NCBI GenBank assembly: GCA_964585475.1
Contig: CAZPDF010000002.1
Coordinates: 1,631-65,630 of the forward strand
Source: an uncultured Candidatus Saccharibacteria bacterium
GTDB lineage: Bacteria > Patescibacteriota > Minisyncoccia > Sungbacterales > HO2-52-23
DNA length: 64,000 bases
Direction: 5' to 3'
Position numbers and translations under genes: made by a program. Below the pieces are notes generated by a model. That model was given only the letters and a program-made list of their open reading frames with translations. It did no database searches and was not told where the DNA came from. Positions 16,890 through 25,552 of the stretch are shown piece after piece (the first letter of the stretch is position 1; each line of letters begins with the position of its first letter).

Positions 16890-16916
16890 AGCCAGCACTG
16901 CTGGCTTTTGTGTTTT
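16889..16916 (+). terminator. rho-independent terminator
   Basis: gccagcactgctggc hairpin followed by ttttgtgtttt. Confidence 0.65.
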
Positions 16917-17132
16917 GGGAAATGGTCTGCTCAAGAAACTGCCTCAACCGCCGGTGTTTCGCTAGGGGGTTTGCTTAAGGTAGTTTATGAGATTCAACCT
17001 CATAAATTACATAAACCCACCTTATCGAGTTATCGAGGTCGTGCCTCGATATTTTTTTATCGGTCGTACCTGCCTAAAAGAATCCTAGTCAAAAAACTAG
17101 TTTTTTGACTAGGATTCTTTTAATATGGGTAT

Positions 17133-18410
17133 ATGGCCTTAGGGCATCTAAAAACTAAAGATCCGAAACTCGCAAAACTGATAGCGGAGGAAACCCAGCG
17201 CCAGTCGCGGACGCTTAATTTGATTCCTTCGGAGAATATTGTTTCCGAGGCGGTTTTGGAGGCGCTGGGCTCCCCGCTCACCAATAAATACTCCGAAGGG
17301 TATCCGGGGAAACGATATTACGGAGGGAATGAAATTATTGATAAAGTTGAGGTGTTAGCGCAGGAACGCGCGCGGAAAGTTTTTCGCTTGGGAAAGAATT
17401 GGCACGTGAATGTTCAGCCCTATTCCGGTTCGCCCGCGAATTTTGCGGTTTATTTTGCATTGCTTCGGCCCGGGGATAAATTGATGGGAATGTCTTTGCC
17501 TTTTGGCGGGCATCTTACGCACGGCTGGAAGGTGTCCGCAACCGGAAAATTCTGGACACCCGTTCAGTATACGCTTGGCCGGGCTGGCTATATTGATTAT
17601 GAGGAAGTTAGGACGCTTGCGCGAAAGGAGAGGCCGAAAATTATTGTTGCGGGTGCCACGGCTTACCCCCGAATTATAGATTTTAAAAAATTCGGGGAAA
17701 TTGCAAAAGAAGTTGGCGCGTACTTTATGGTGGACATGGCGCATATTGCGGGACTTATCGCGGCAGGAGCACATCCATCACCTTTTCCATATGCTGATGT
17801 TGTAACTACGACGACGCATAAAACCCTGCGTGGTCCCCGCGGCGCGATTATCTTCTCCCGCAAAGATCGTTTCGTAATGTCAAATGTCAAAGGTCAAATG
17901 TCAAAGGTTTCGATTGCCGAGGCAATCGACAAGGCCGTTTTCCCCGGACTTCAAGGCGGCCCGCATGACAATCAAACCGCAGCCATTGCCGTATGTCTTG
18001 GTGAGGCCATGAAGCCTGCGTTCAAAAAATACGGGAAGCAAATCGTGAAAAATGCGCGTGCGCTTGCGAAGGAACTTATGCGGCTTGGGCTTCAACTGGT
18101 TTCCGGCGGTACAGATAACCACCTAATGCTTGTTGATCTGACTAATTTAGGGATTTCCGGGCGCGAAGCGCAGGATCGGCTTGAGCAGGTCGGGATTATA
18201 GTGAATCGTAACACCATTCCGTATGACACCCGCTCGCCCTTTGATCCTTCGGGGATTCGGCTTGGCACACCGGCGGTTACGACACGAGGGATGAAAGAGA
18301 AGGAGATGAAAGAGATTGCGCGGTTGATTTATGGGGTATTGACTGGAGAAAATACGGATGCTATAAAAAAAGAGGTAAAAGATCTTTGCAGAAAATTTGG
18401 GGGGGTTTAG
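17133..18410 (+). CDS. glyA: serine hydroxymethyltransferase
   Basis: LIPSENIVSEAVLEALGSPLTNKYSEGYPGKRYYGG...VVTTTTHKTLRGPRG PLP-lysine region; small in-frame repeat insertion at 17876-17912. Confidence 0.95.
   Translation: MALGHLKTKDPKLAKLIAEETQRQSRTLNLIPSENIVSEAVLEALGSPLTNKYSEGYPGKRYYGGNEIIDKVEVLAQERARKVFRLGKNWHVNVQPYSGSPANFAVYFALLRPGDKLMGMSLPFGGHLTHGWKVSATGKFWTPVQYTLGRAGYIDYEEVRTLARKERPKIIVAGATAYPRIIDFKKFGEIAKEVGAYFMVDMAHIAGLIAAGAHPSPFPYADVVTTTTHKTLRGPRGAIIFSRKDRFVMSNVKGQMSKVSIAEAIDKAVFPGLQGGPHDNQTAAIAVCLGEAMKPAFKKYGKQIVKNARALAKELMRLGLQLVSGGTDNHLMLVDLTNLGISGREAQDRLEQVGIIVNRNTIPYDTRSPFDPSGIRLGTPAVTTRGMKEKEMKEIARLIYGVLTGENTDAIKKEVKDLCRKFGGV
17876..17912. repeat. Tandem TGTCAAA(G)G repeat, in-frame in glyA (VMSNVKGQMSKVS)
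   Basis: cgtaatgtcaaatgtcaaaggtcaaatgtcaaagg. Confidence 0.6.
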
Positions 18411-18581
18411 ATGTCGTACGGATCAGGCGATAGAAGTCTTTTTTGGGTGTTTGTAGGTATTGCATTGTTGTGTCTTGGAGTGATTTACTTTGTGGTAGTG
18501 CCGGAATTAAGAAATAAGTTTGAACGTAAATCGACTACTATTATTGAGATAGAAATAAAAGAAATATCTCCTTCAAAGTAG
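18411..18581 (+). CDS. possible 56-aa membrane peptide translationally coupled to glyA
   Basis: ATG immediately after the glyA TAG; MSYGSGDRSLFWVFVGIALLCLGVIYFVVVPELRNK...; under 60 aa so absent from the track. Confidence 0.3.
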   Translation: MSYGSGDRSLFWVFVGIALLCLGVIYFVVVPELRNKFERKSTTIIEIEIKEISPSK

Positions 18582-18634
18582 CTTTATCCTAGTTTAAGGA
18601 AGCCATCGTCGAGCTCGGCTCGACCATCGCGCTT

Positions 18635-18760
18635 CTCCGGTAGCAGAACTTTGACTGGCTCACGAGGCCAGTTTTTGACGAGCCAAAGTTCGCTACCGGA
18701 CTGCGCCCAGTAGTAGAATTTTGACCGAGCTTAGCTCGGTTTTTCTTTACCCTGTTACCA
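18635..18760. repeat. Hairpin/terminator-like repeat, CCGGTAGCAGAACTTTG family, left copy
   Basis: ccggtagcagaactttgactggctcacgaggccagtttttgacgagccaaagttcgctaccgg is a long IR; related copy at 19215-19290. Confidence 0.5.
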
Positions 18761-18874
18761 AAAGCCGCGGTCGTAAGGCCGTGGTAGTGGGGTTTACCGA
18801 AACTCACCATAGGGATTCGCTTCTTGATCCTTTACTGTTATACTTACCCTAGGTTCTTTAGGGGGCGGGGAGTA

Positions 18875-19201
18875 ATGTCCAAGGCAACCGTAGTGAAAAT
18901 CGGCCATTTCCCGCTCAATTTAGGTGCGGAAAACTCGGAGGCGTTATTTAACGCAATAATTAAGGAGGTTATGGGCCCCCGAGCAAGGGAGTTTGGTCTA
19001 GAGGACTTTGAATACAACGGGGCCGACCATATTGGAGAGATCCAATTTTCCAACGGAGAGGTCTGTCGTGTGCGGCTGATCTTTACCCCGACGCTTAATA
19101 ACGGCGTGACCTTGTGGATCTTTGGAGAGACGAATGTGCTTGGTGATCTTCTGTCCGAGGGATCCGTATTTCTTATAACAACGGCATTCCAACGTCATTA
19201 G
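18875..19201 (+). CDS. hypothetical protein, flanked by related hairpin repeats
   Basis: MSKATVVKIGHFP... start with GGGGGCGGGGAG RBS. Confidence 0.4.
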   Translation: MSKATVVKIGHFPLNLGAENSEALFNAIIKEVMGPRAREFGLEDFEYNGADHIGEIQFSNGEVCRVRLIFTPTLNNGVTLWIFGETNVLGDLLSEGSVFLITTAFQRH

Positions 19202-19214
19202 AAGGAGGCGGCAG

Positions 19215-19290
19215 CACTTCTCCGGTAGCAGAACTTTGGCTGGCCCTTGGCCGGCTTTTTCTTTGCCGAAATTCACTACCGGGCTAGCTT
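19215..19290. repeat. Hairpin/terminator-like repeat, CCGGTAGCAGAACTTTG family, right copy
   Basis: ctccggtagcagaactttggctggcccttggccggctttttctttgccgaaattcactaccgg. Confidence 0.5.
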
Positions 19291-19292
19291 TT

Positions 19293-19512
19293 TATTTATT
19301 TGTCTAAATTTTGGATCTCGCTGAAAGCGGGAGAGCAAAATTTAGTAACAAATAAATAACCCCGCATCAATTTTGCCTATGTCTTGCCACGCGGCGTGCG
19401 CGGGCCGAATAGGCCCCTTCCTTAATGGGCGAAGCGCGCCGCCATCAATTCCAGAAATGGGCCGATATTATCCAGGCAAACTTATAACAGTTGCAAAATT
19501 GGTGCTGGGGTT
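19293..19512. repeat. Composite MITE-like element: IR module plus CCCCGCAC-TIR element
   Basis: ttatttatttgtctaaatttt...aaaatttagtaacaaataaataa IR, then 5' arm aaccccgcatcaattttgcc (19358-19376) and 3' arm gcaaaattggtgctggggtt (19493-19512); same organisation as 43108-43306. Confidence 0.55.
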
Positions 19513-19545
19513 TCCAGCATTCAAAATTTATGTTAAAGTTGCTTC

Positions 19546-20370
19546 ATGATTCTTCTTGACGGGAAAAAACTTTCGCAAAAGATTTTGGAAGAATTAAGGG
19601 GCAGAATCTCCGTAACCAAGAAGAAGCTGCGTTTGGCAATAGTGGTGGTGGGGGAGGACCCGGTTGTGAAAAAGTTCATTGAACAGAAAAAAAAGACCGC
19701 CGAAGTAATCGGCGTGGATGTCCGCATTTATCCTTTTGAGGCGAGTATCACCACGAATGAATTGCGCAAGTGTCTGGCCGAGATTGTGCATGAAGAAAAA
19801 AATACTGGAGTAATCGTTCAACTGCCTCTGCCCGAGCATATAAACACCCAATATATTTTAAATTCAGTAACGCCGGAAAAGGATATTGATGTGTTGTCGG
19901 CTCGCGCGATCGGCAATTTTGCTACGGGGAAGGGCGAGATATATCCTCCGGTAGCGGGTACCGTAAGCGCCATTTTTGAGGAATACAAAATAGATTATCG
20001 AAACAAGTATATAGTTATGGTTGGCGCTGGAAATTTAGTGGGTAAGCCTTTGGCTCTATGGCTTCTTAACGAAAAAATTACTTTTAGCGTTGTAAGATCC
20101 AGTACCGCAAATCCCCGTGAGTTTCTCGATAAAGCCGATATTATAATCTCGGGCATCGGGAAACCCAAATTTATTACCGGCGATATGGTAAAAGACGGAG
20201 TTGTAGTCATTGATGCAGGCACTTCGGAATCCGAAGGGAGAATCGCGGGCGATGTGGATTTTGATTCAGTTTCCCGGAAAGCCGCCTATATCACTCCGGT
20301 TCCGGGAGGAGTCGGGCCAGTAACCGTTGCGATGCTTTTTAAGAACCTCATTGCGCTCGCAAAATTATGA
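19546..20370 (+). CDS. folD: bifunctional methylenetetrahydrofolate dehydrogenase/cyclohydrolase
   Basis: MILLDGKKLSQKILEELR...; PVPGGVGPVTVAML near the C-terminus. Confidence 0.9.
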   Translation: MILLDGKKLSQKILEELRGRISVTKKKLRLAIVVVGEDPVVKKFIEQKKKTAEVIGVDVRIYPFEASITTNELRKCLAEIVHEEKNTGVIVQLPLPEHINTQYILNSVTPEKDIDVLSARAIGNFATGKGEIYPPVAGTVSAIFEEYKIDYRNKYIVMVGAGNLVGKPLALWLLNEKITFSVVRSSTANPREFLDKADIIISGIGKPKFITGDMVKDGVVVIDAGTSESEGRIAGDVDFDSVSRKAAYITPVPGGVGPVTVAMLFKNLIALAKL

Positions 20371-20960
20371 TACAACAAATAGATCTTGTGGTGTTTCAAT
20401 GGTTAAATTCCTGGGCCTTTTGGGGCGCATGGACAGACGCCTTGATCGTGTTTCGTGCCGTATTTCTCGGATACTGGATTGTTCTGGGGATTCTTGCTTT
20501 CGGGTTTTTAACCATTCCGCCTCTGTCCGTTGTTTTTCCGAGTTTCCGTATTCTCCGGCGGAAAAATTGGGAGATGGCGGGAGTCGCGTTAATGTCGGCG
20601 CTGTTTGCTCGGTTCGGCGCGGTCGAGCTCGTGCGAATGTTTTATGATCGGGCGAGGCCGTTCGAGGTTTTATCGGATGTAAACCAGCTGATTTTTCGTG
20701 ACGGCGGCGGATCATTTCCGTCGGGGCATGCCGCGTTTTATTTCGCCATTGCCGCAGTCGTCTCGCGCTATTACCCAAAAGCAAGTGTTTTGTTCTTTTT
20801 GGCGGCCCTCAATCTTTCTGCGGCTCGGGTGCAAGCTGGCATTCATTGGCCGAGCGATATTTTGGCAGGAGCAATGGTGGGTATAATAACGGCTTGGCTC
20901 GCGGTATTTATTCTACGGAAGTTAGAACCTATCTCAAAAATACCTCCGCCCGCGATATGA
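20367..20960 (+). CDS. PAP2-family phosphatase (undecaprenyl-diphosphatase/PgpB-like)
   Basis: YDRARPF (KX6RP), PSGH and AARVQAGIHWPSD (SRX5HX3D) acid-phosphatase motifs; multi-TM. Confidence 0.75.
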   Translation: MIQQIDLVVFQWLNSWAFWGAWTDALIVFRAVFLGYWIVLGILAFGFLTIPPLSVVFPSFRILRRKNWEMAGVALMSALFARFGAVELVRMFYDRARPFEVLSDVNQLIFRDGGGSFPSGHAAFYFAIAAVVSRYYPKASVLFFLAALNLSAARVQAGIHWPSDILAGAMVGIITAWLAVFILRKLEPISKIPPPAI

Positions 20961-21225
20961 GCCAATTTCCGCAAGACCCAGGAGCGACGACGATGGTGTA
21001 CCTTGACGGTACTCCGAGGAGGAGCGACGCAGGTATTGCGGAAATTGGCCATATCCCGAAGGGTTGCGGCTGTTTTGCGTCCCGGCGTCGTTGCTCCTCC
21101 TTGACGTATCACAGAGGATACGCCTTCGTCGTCGCGCCTCGCCGGGGCGCAAAACCGCTCGCAACGCGGACTGGAGGTATTTTTGAGATGGGTTCTAAAA
21201 AAAGCGGACTATGCCGCTCTAAAAT

Positions 21226-21519
21226 CTAACCTCTTTCGCCAATAAACACCAGCGTAAAGCAAAGTAATACTACTCCTACCGTCACGGCAGCAAATACGCC
21301 GAATACAAATAGATAGCTTATTACTTGGACGAGTGTGGTATCCGGAGCCGGTCCACCTCCTTTAATGAAATACCAACCGACGGCCGGCCCGTAAAGAATT
21401 GCCGAGATCCCGCATGCTGCCAGGGTGTACCAGTTAAAAAGCGGTTTCTTCCAGGATTTCACCGTCTTCGCTCCATCAGGAACTGATTTTAGTATAGTCG
21501 ATTTTTTGAATAATTGCAA
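21226..21519 (-). CDS. hypothetical small membrane protein
   Basis: 97-aa ORF with two hydrophobic helices. Confidence 0.35.
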   Translation of the reverse strand: MQLFKKSTILKSVPDGAKTVKSWKKPLFNWYTLAACGISAILYGPAVGWYFIKGGGPAPDTTLVQVISYLFVFGVFAAVTVGVVLLCFTLVFIGERG

Positions 21520-21552
21520 GTGAAAAAGCGACTCATGAAGAGTCGCATTATG

Positions 21553-21879
21553 TTAGGTCGAGAAAGAAGTTCCGCATCCGCAGGAGGATCCGGCGTTGGG
21601 GTTAAGAAAAGTAAATCCTCCGGTAAGTCCCTGTGTCACATAGTCAAGCGTCGTGCCGTTAAGATACAGGTAGCTTTTGGCATCAATTGCGACCTTGAGT
21701 CCTTCGATTTCAAAGATTTTGTCTCCTGTAGCGGTTTCGTGATCAAACTCAAGCGAATAGGAGAGTCCGGAGCATCCGCCGCCCTTTACTCCCATGCGAA
21801 GAAAGACATTACCCAGATTCTGTTCGTCTATGAGCCGTTTTATCTCATGGGTTGCCGGAATAGTAAGATAGACCGGCAT
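21553..21879 (-). CDS. iron-sulfur cluster insertion / A-type carrier protein (IscA/ErpA/HesB family)
   Basis: GGGCSGLSY and C-terminal CGCGTSF cysteine motifs. Confidence 0.8.
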   Translation of the reverse strand: MPVYLTIPATHEIKRLIDEQNLGNVFLRMGVKGGGCSGLSYSLEFDHETATGDKIFEIEGLKVAIDAKSYLYLNGTTLDYVTQGLTGGFTFLNPNAGSSCGCGTSFST

Positions 21880-21881
21880 TT

Positions 21882-22097
21882 TTAGGTGCCCCCATTTTTA
21901 TAGATTCGTCCTCTGCCGCCGCATTTATTGCACATAGAGTCGCCAAGGTATGTACGTATATATCCTTCACCCCCGCATGCTAGGCATGGTTTGCCCCTAA
22001 GATATTCGCCGTAACTTCCCGCAAGAAGAAGCGCCGAAAATATTACGAGCAGTGCCACCACAGTTATTATTGTCGAAGAGCTGTCGCCAGCTTCCAT
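21882..22097 (-). CDS. hypothetical small membrane protein with CxxC...CxxC zinc-ribbon
   Basis: 71-aa ORF: TM helix then CLACGGEGY...CNKCGG. Confidence 0.35.
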   Translation of the reverse strand: MEAGDSSSTIITVVALLVIFSALLLAGSYGEYLRGKPCLACGGEGYIRTYLGDSMCNKCGGRGRIYKNGGT

Positions 22098-22424
22098 GTT
22101 CCACCCCGTTATCTATTCCATTCCCACCATATCACTGTTTGTGGATACAGAAAAGCCGGTAGCAAGTCCGGGGTTCTATATGGGTGAGAAGGGAGTTGCT
22201 GCCCAAATAAATTTGGGCGAGCCTCGCCCCGATTAAAATCGGGGCGGGAACCCGCCCGTTCAGATGCCGCGGGAGAGAGTTGAACTCTCACGGGGTTGCC
22301 CCCAATGGATTTTGAGTCCATCGCGTCTGCCAATTTCGCCACCGCGGCACACCGCTATTTTATTATAAAAACGCCCGTTTTTCAATGGTTGAAAATAAAA
22401 GTTCATTGGTTTAAAGTTCAAGTG

Positions 22425-23201
22425 ATGGCCCGCATAATTTCTCTTTGCAACCAAAAAGGTGGAGTTGGGAAGAGTACTACCAGCATTAACCTTAGTGTGT
22501 TTTTAGCCGCTCTTGGGAAGCGAGTGCTTTTGGTGGATGTAGATCCGCAGGCCAATACCACTTCCGGCATGGGGCTTAACCCGCGCAAGCTTGAGAAAAG
22601 CATCTACCATGCGCTTATCGGAAAGGCCAAGCCGCAGGACGTGATTAAAAGGACGCAAATCCTCGCGGTTGATATTTTGCCTTCGTCCCCGGCGCTTGCC
22701 GGTGCGGCCATTGAGCTGGTTGACATGCGGAATAGAGAATATAAACTAAAGGAGGTTTTAGAAGAGGTACGGCGGAAGTACGACTTCATTATTATAGATT
22801 CTCCCCCGAGTTTGGGCCTGCTTACGATAAATGCGCTTACCGCGGCCGGAAAGGTAATAATTCCGGCTCAATGCGAATATTATGCTTTGGAGGGGTTGGC
22901 CGATCTGCTTCAGACCATCCAGCTTGTAAATACTAATCTCAAGACCCGAACGGGAATACTCGGGGCGTTACTCACGATGTATGATCGAAAATCCCGGCTT
23001 CACCGGGCGGTCGCGAAGGAGATTCGCAGGAAGTTTCCGGGTTACGTCTTTGATGCGGTGATTCCGCGGAACGTAAGCTTGGCCGAAGCGCCATCATTCG
23101 GAAAAACCATTTTGCAGTATGACCCTTATTCTCACGGGGCAAAAGCATACAGACAACTCGCAGAAGAGATTTTGAAGCTGGAAGGTATCAGAAAAGTCTA
23201 A
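22425..23201 (+). CDS. parA: chromosome partitioning ATPase ParA/Soj
   Basis: MARIISLCNQKGGVGKSTTSINL deviant Walker A; start chosen at the internal ATG. Confidence 0.9.
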   Translation: MARIISLCNQKGGVGKSTTSINLSVFLAALGKRVLLVDVDPQANTTSGMGLNPRKLEKSIYHALIGKAKPQDVIKRTQILAVDILPSSPALAGAAIELVDMRNREYKLKEVLEEVRRKYDFIIIDSPPSLGLLTINALTAAGKVIIPAQCEYYALEGLADLLQTIQLVNTNLKTRTGILGALLTMYDRKSRLHRAVAKEIRRKFPGYVFDAVIPRNVSLAEAPSFGKTILQYDPYSHGAKAYRQLAEEILKLEGIRKV

Positions 23202-23223
23202 TCACTAATCTAACTCGAATTTC

Positions 23224-23241
23224 TTCGCGAATATTCGCGAA
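23224..23241. promoter_or_regulatory. Perfect 18-bp palindrome TTCGCGAATATTCGCGAA between parA and parB
   Basis: Self-complementary; the same TATTCGCGAA core recurs twice upstream of ftsZ (54102-54111, 54135-54144). Confidence 0.5.
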
Positions 23242-23266
23242 TCAAATTAGGGGTTGATTCGAGAAA

Positions 23267-24277
23267 ATGACAGATCCATTAGGTAGGGGCCTCGAATCCT
23301 TAATACCCAACAAAGAGCCGGACGAAGTTCCGGGGGTTTTGAATACGGAGCCGCAGGATCCGCCCTCTCCTTTAGCAGAAAAACCCCGGCCGTCTCTTGT
23401 CAATCTTGGCTCTCCGGCCGCGCGCACTTACGAGGATCATTTTACTCCTCGCAGGAGCGATTCTGTTTTTTGGATAGAAATTGAAAAAATCGAGCCGAAT
23501 CCTTACCAGCCGCGCCGCGAATTTAATGAGGAGGCATTAAAAGGGCTTGCGCATTCCATCCGCGAACACGGAGTGCTCCAGCCGATACTTGTTACCAAGC
23601 GCGAGATAGAAACTCCGACCGGCCTGGATGTCCGGTATCAATTGATTGCCGGAGAAAGACGGTGGCGCGCGGCAGGCCTGGCCGGCCTCTCCCAAATTCC
23701 TGCGGTAATCAGGCGCGGCATTCCGGATGACCGGATACGGCTTGAGCTCGCCTTAATTGAGAATGTACAGCGCGAGGATTTAAACCCGATGGAAAAAGCC
23801 CGGGCATTCAAGCAATTGATTGACGAGTTTCATCTGGTACAGCGCGAGATTGCCGAGCGCATCGGAAAATCGCGTGAGATGATTGCCAATACCCTCCGTC
23901 TTTTATCACTTTCGCCGGACATCCAGCAAGCGCTCCACGAGGGGCGCATAACCGAAGGACACGCGCGGGCGGTTTTGATGGCCGGTGACGATCCGCAAAA
24001 ACAGACGCTAGTTTTTAATGCCGTGGTAATGGATCGCCTGAATGTTCGAGAGGCGGAAAACCGCGCGCGGCAAGTTTCCGGAAAAATTTTTGTTCCGCGA
24101 AAACGTCCTGCGCAAGTCCATGATCCGGAGACGCGTTCTTGGCAGACAAAACTCGAGGAGCTATTAGGAACTAAAGTCCGAGTGGAGAAATTGGGCGAGC
24201 GCGGAAAAATTGTCGTTGAATTTTATTCGGATGAGGAATTAAGAGGTATACTTGACAAATTAATAAGGGAGGTATAG
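23267..24277 (+). CDS. parB: chromosome partitioning protein ParB/Spo0J
   Basis: IEKIEPNPYQPRREF...QLIAGERRWRAAGLAG...HTH; C-terminal GERGKIVVEFYSDEELRGILDKLIREV. Confidence 0.9.
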   Translation: MTDPLGRGLESLIPNKEPDEVPGVLNTEPQDPPSPLAEKPRPSLVNLGSPAARTYEDHFTPRRSDSVFWIEIEKIEPNPYQPRREFNEEALKGLAHSIREHGVLQPILVTKREIETPTGLDVRYQLIAGERRWRAAGLAGLSQIPAVIRRGIPDDRIRLELALIENVQREDLNPMEKARAFKQLIDEFHLVQREIAERIGKSREMIANTLRLLSLSPDIQQALHEGRITEGHARAVLMAGDDPQKQTLVFNAVVMDRLNVREAENRARQVSGKIFVPRKRPAQVHDPETRSWQTKLEELLGTKVRVEKLGERGKIVVEFYSDEELRGILDKLIREV

Positions 24278-24307
24278 TGTAGATGAAGATCGTTTGAGGA
24301 GGACGAG

Positions 24308-24637
24308 GTGCACCAGACTATAGATCGGGCCGATGCAATTAGTCGTATCGCTGAAGAATTGCGCTTTGCGTCATTTGTCACTTGGCAGGCCACCATGGAT
24401 GGGCGGCAGCGATACGGAGTCATTACAGATAGATCCCCGGTGGATATCAAAGTACACTCAGGGGATGGTCCGATCCGGATCACATTTTCTGAGGCACTTT
24501 CTTGGGGGTTGAGGTCCATAACTCCAGACAACCTTGTGCAGACCGCAGATCTCCTTAGTCTCCGCGCCCATTACTGTGATAAGGACCATGTACCGCTCTT
24601 TGACTGCATCAGAAGGGTATTTCTAAGAACTGAATAA
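24308..24637 (+). CDS. hypothetical protein
   Basis: GTG start with GAGGAGGA RBS; followed by a GGCCCCCCGCGGGCC terminator. Confidence 0.4.
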   Translation: MHQTIDRADAISRIAEELRFASFVTWQATMDGRQRYGVITDRSPVDIKVHSGDGPIRITFSEALSWGLRSITPDNLVQTADLLSLRAHYCDKDHVPLFDCIRRVFLRTE

Positions 24638-24667
24638 ATGTCGTTGACCAAAATATAAAGTTGATAA

Positions 24668-24692
24668 TCGGCCCCCCGCGGGCCATTTTTTG
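24668..24692 (+). terminator. rho-independent terminator (GGCCCCC.GCGGGCC family)
   Basis: cggccccccgcgggcc plus T-run; near-identical hairpins at 25027, 26295 and 28660. Confidence 0.7.
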
Positions 24693-24757
24693 TTCTTGAC
24701 AAGTTGATCCGAGAGACCTAAAGTTGACTCAGTTCATCATTCGGGGGAAGTTAATAA

Positions 24758-25024
24758 ATGGAACGCGAGATTATTAAATTTCGGATACCGGAAGCAAATG
24801 CGGATAGATTTTTCTTTGGCGCCGTTATGGAGAAGAACTTAGATTGTGTAGAAATTTGTCTGGGTAGCCCGGAAAATATTTTTCCCATGAATCCCCATTT
24901 CTTTGCCAGCCAGGGTGTAGAGCAAATGAGTGTGCATGACGTAGTTAAGGAGTTGAATAGATTGGAAGAGGCGAACACGGCTTTACGCGATAAACTCAAT
25001 AGAACTCAGGAATTGAGTCATTAG
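24758..25024 (+). CDS. hypothetical protein
   Basis: 88-aa ORF with GGGGGAAG RBS; terminator downstream. Confidence 0.4.
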   Translation: MEREIIKFRIPEANADRFFFGAVMEKNLDCVEICLGSPENIFPMNPHFFASQGVEQMSVHDVVKELNRLEEANTALRDKLNRTQELSH

Positions 25025-25026
25025 AA

Positions 25027-25053
25027 ACGGCCCCCTCGGGCCGTATTTATTTT
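25027..25053 (+). terminator. rho-independent terminator
   Basis: cggccccctcgggccg plus tatttatttttt. Confidence 0.7.
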
Positions 25054-25082
25054 TTGACATTTAGTTGCAGTAGGTATAAACT
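25054..25082 (+). promoter_or_regulatory. sigma70-like promoter (TTGACA ... TATAAA) driving a near-leaderless antitoxin transcript
   Basis: TTGACA at 25054-25059, TATAAA at 25075-25080, ATG at 25091 without an SD. Confidence 0.5.
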
Positions 25083-25090
25083 GCAAGTGT

Positions 25091-25324
25091 ATGAATGTCG
25101 TCACTATTCCCAAAAAACTTGCGCAAAGAGACGATTTGGTTGTCATACCTCGGGGAGAGTATGAGGACCTTTTGGAGTTAAAGAAAATAATCCCCATGGT
25201 TAAAGCTACCAAGGCCGAACTGCGGGCTATCCGGCGGGGCGAACGTGAAATTGCGAGAGGGGAATATGTAACTTGGCGCGAATTAAAATATGATTTGGCG
25301 TGTACTCGTAACCGGAAGCGCTAA
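25091..25324 (+). CDS. AbrB/MazE-fold (SpoVT_AbrB-like) type II antitoxin candidate
   Basis: MNVVTIPKKLAQRDDLVVIPRGEYEDLL has a duplicated V.IP(K/R) swapped-hairpin-like motif; paralog at 50704-50979; followed by a RelE/ParE-like toxin remnant. Confidence 0.5.
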   Translation: MNVVTIPKKLAQRDDLVVIPRGEYEDLLELKKIIPMVKATKAELRAIRRGEREIARGEYVTWRELKYDLACTRNRKR

Positions 25325-25546
25325 AAACAACTAAAGCGTATACCGAAAGGGGGTGCAGAACGAATTGAGGCGGTAATTGACGAGATGGAGGATAATCCTT
25401 TGCGCGGCGATATCGTAAAGCTTGGCGGCGAAGGCGATAGGTGGCGGAGACGCATTGGCGGTTACCGAATTCTCTATCGGCTTTCTTACAACGAGAGGGC
25501 AATTTTTATTTATGATATCAGCAGACGAACTAGCAGCACTTATTAA
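25290..25546 (+). pseudogene. RelE/ParE-family toxin gene disrupted by a -1 frameshift at an A5 run (about 25330)
   Basis: Frame B reads MIWRVLVTGSAKNN*. Frame A continues as KQLKRIPKGGAERIEAVIDEMEDNPLRGDIVKLGGEGDRWRRRIGGYRILYRLSYNERAIFIYDISRRTS. Joined, they give a typical ParE/RelE layout; restoring one C in aacaac[c]taaag rejoins the frames. Confidence 0.5.
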
Positions 25547-25552
25547 AAAGTT

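Noticed and set aside
22237-22310. Possible tRNA (T-loop-like GAGAGTTGAACTCTC and GC stems) in the parA upstream region
   Set aside because: Could not build a cloverleaf with 7-bp acceptor, D-arm, anticodon arm and a 7-nt TPsiC loop on either strand; treated as generic hairpins.
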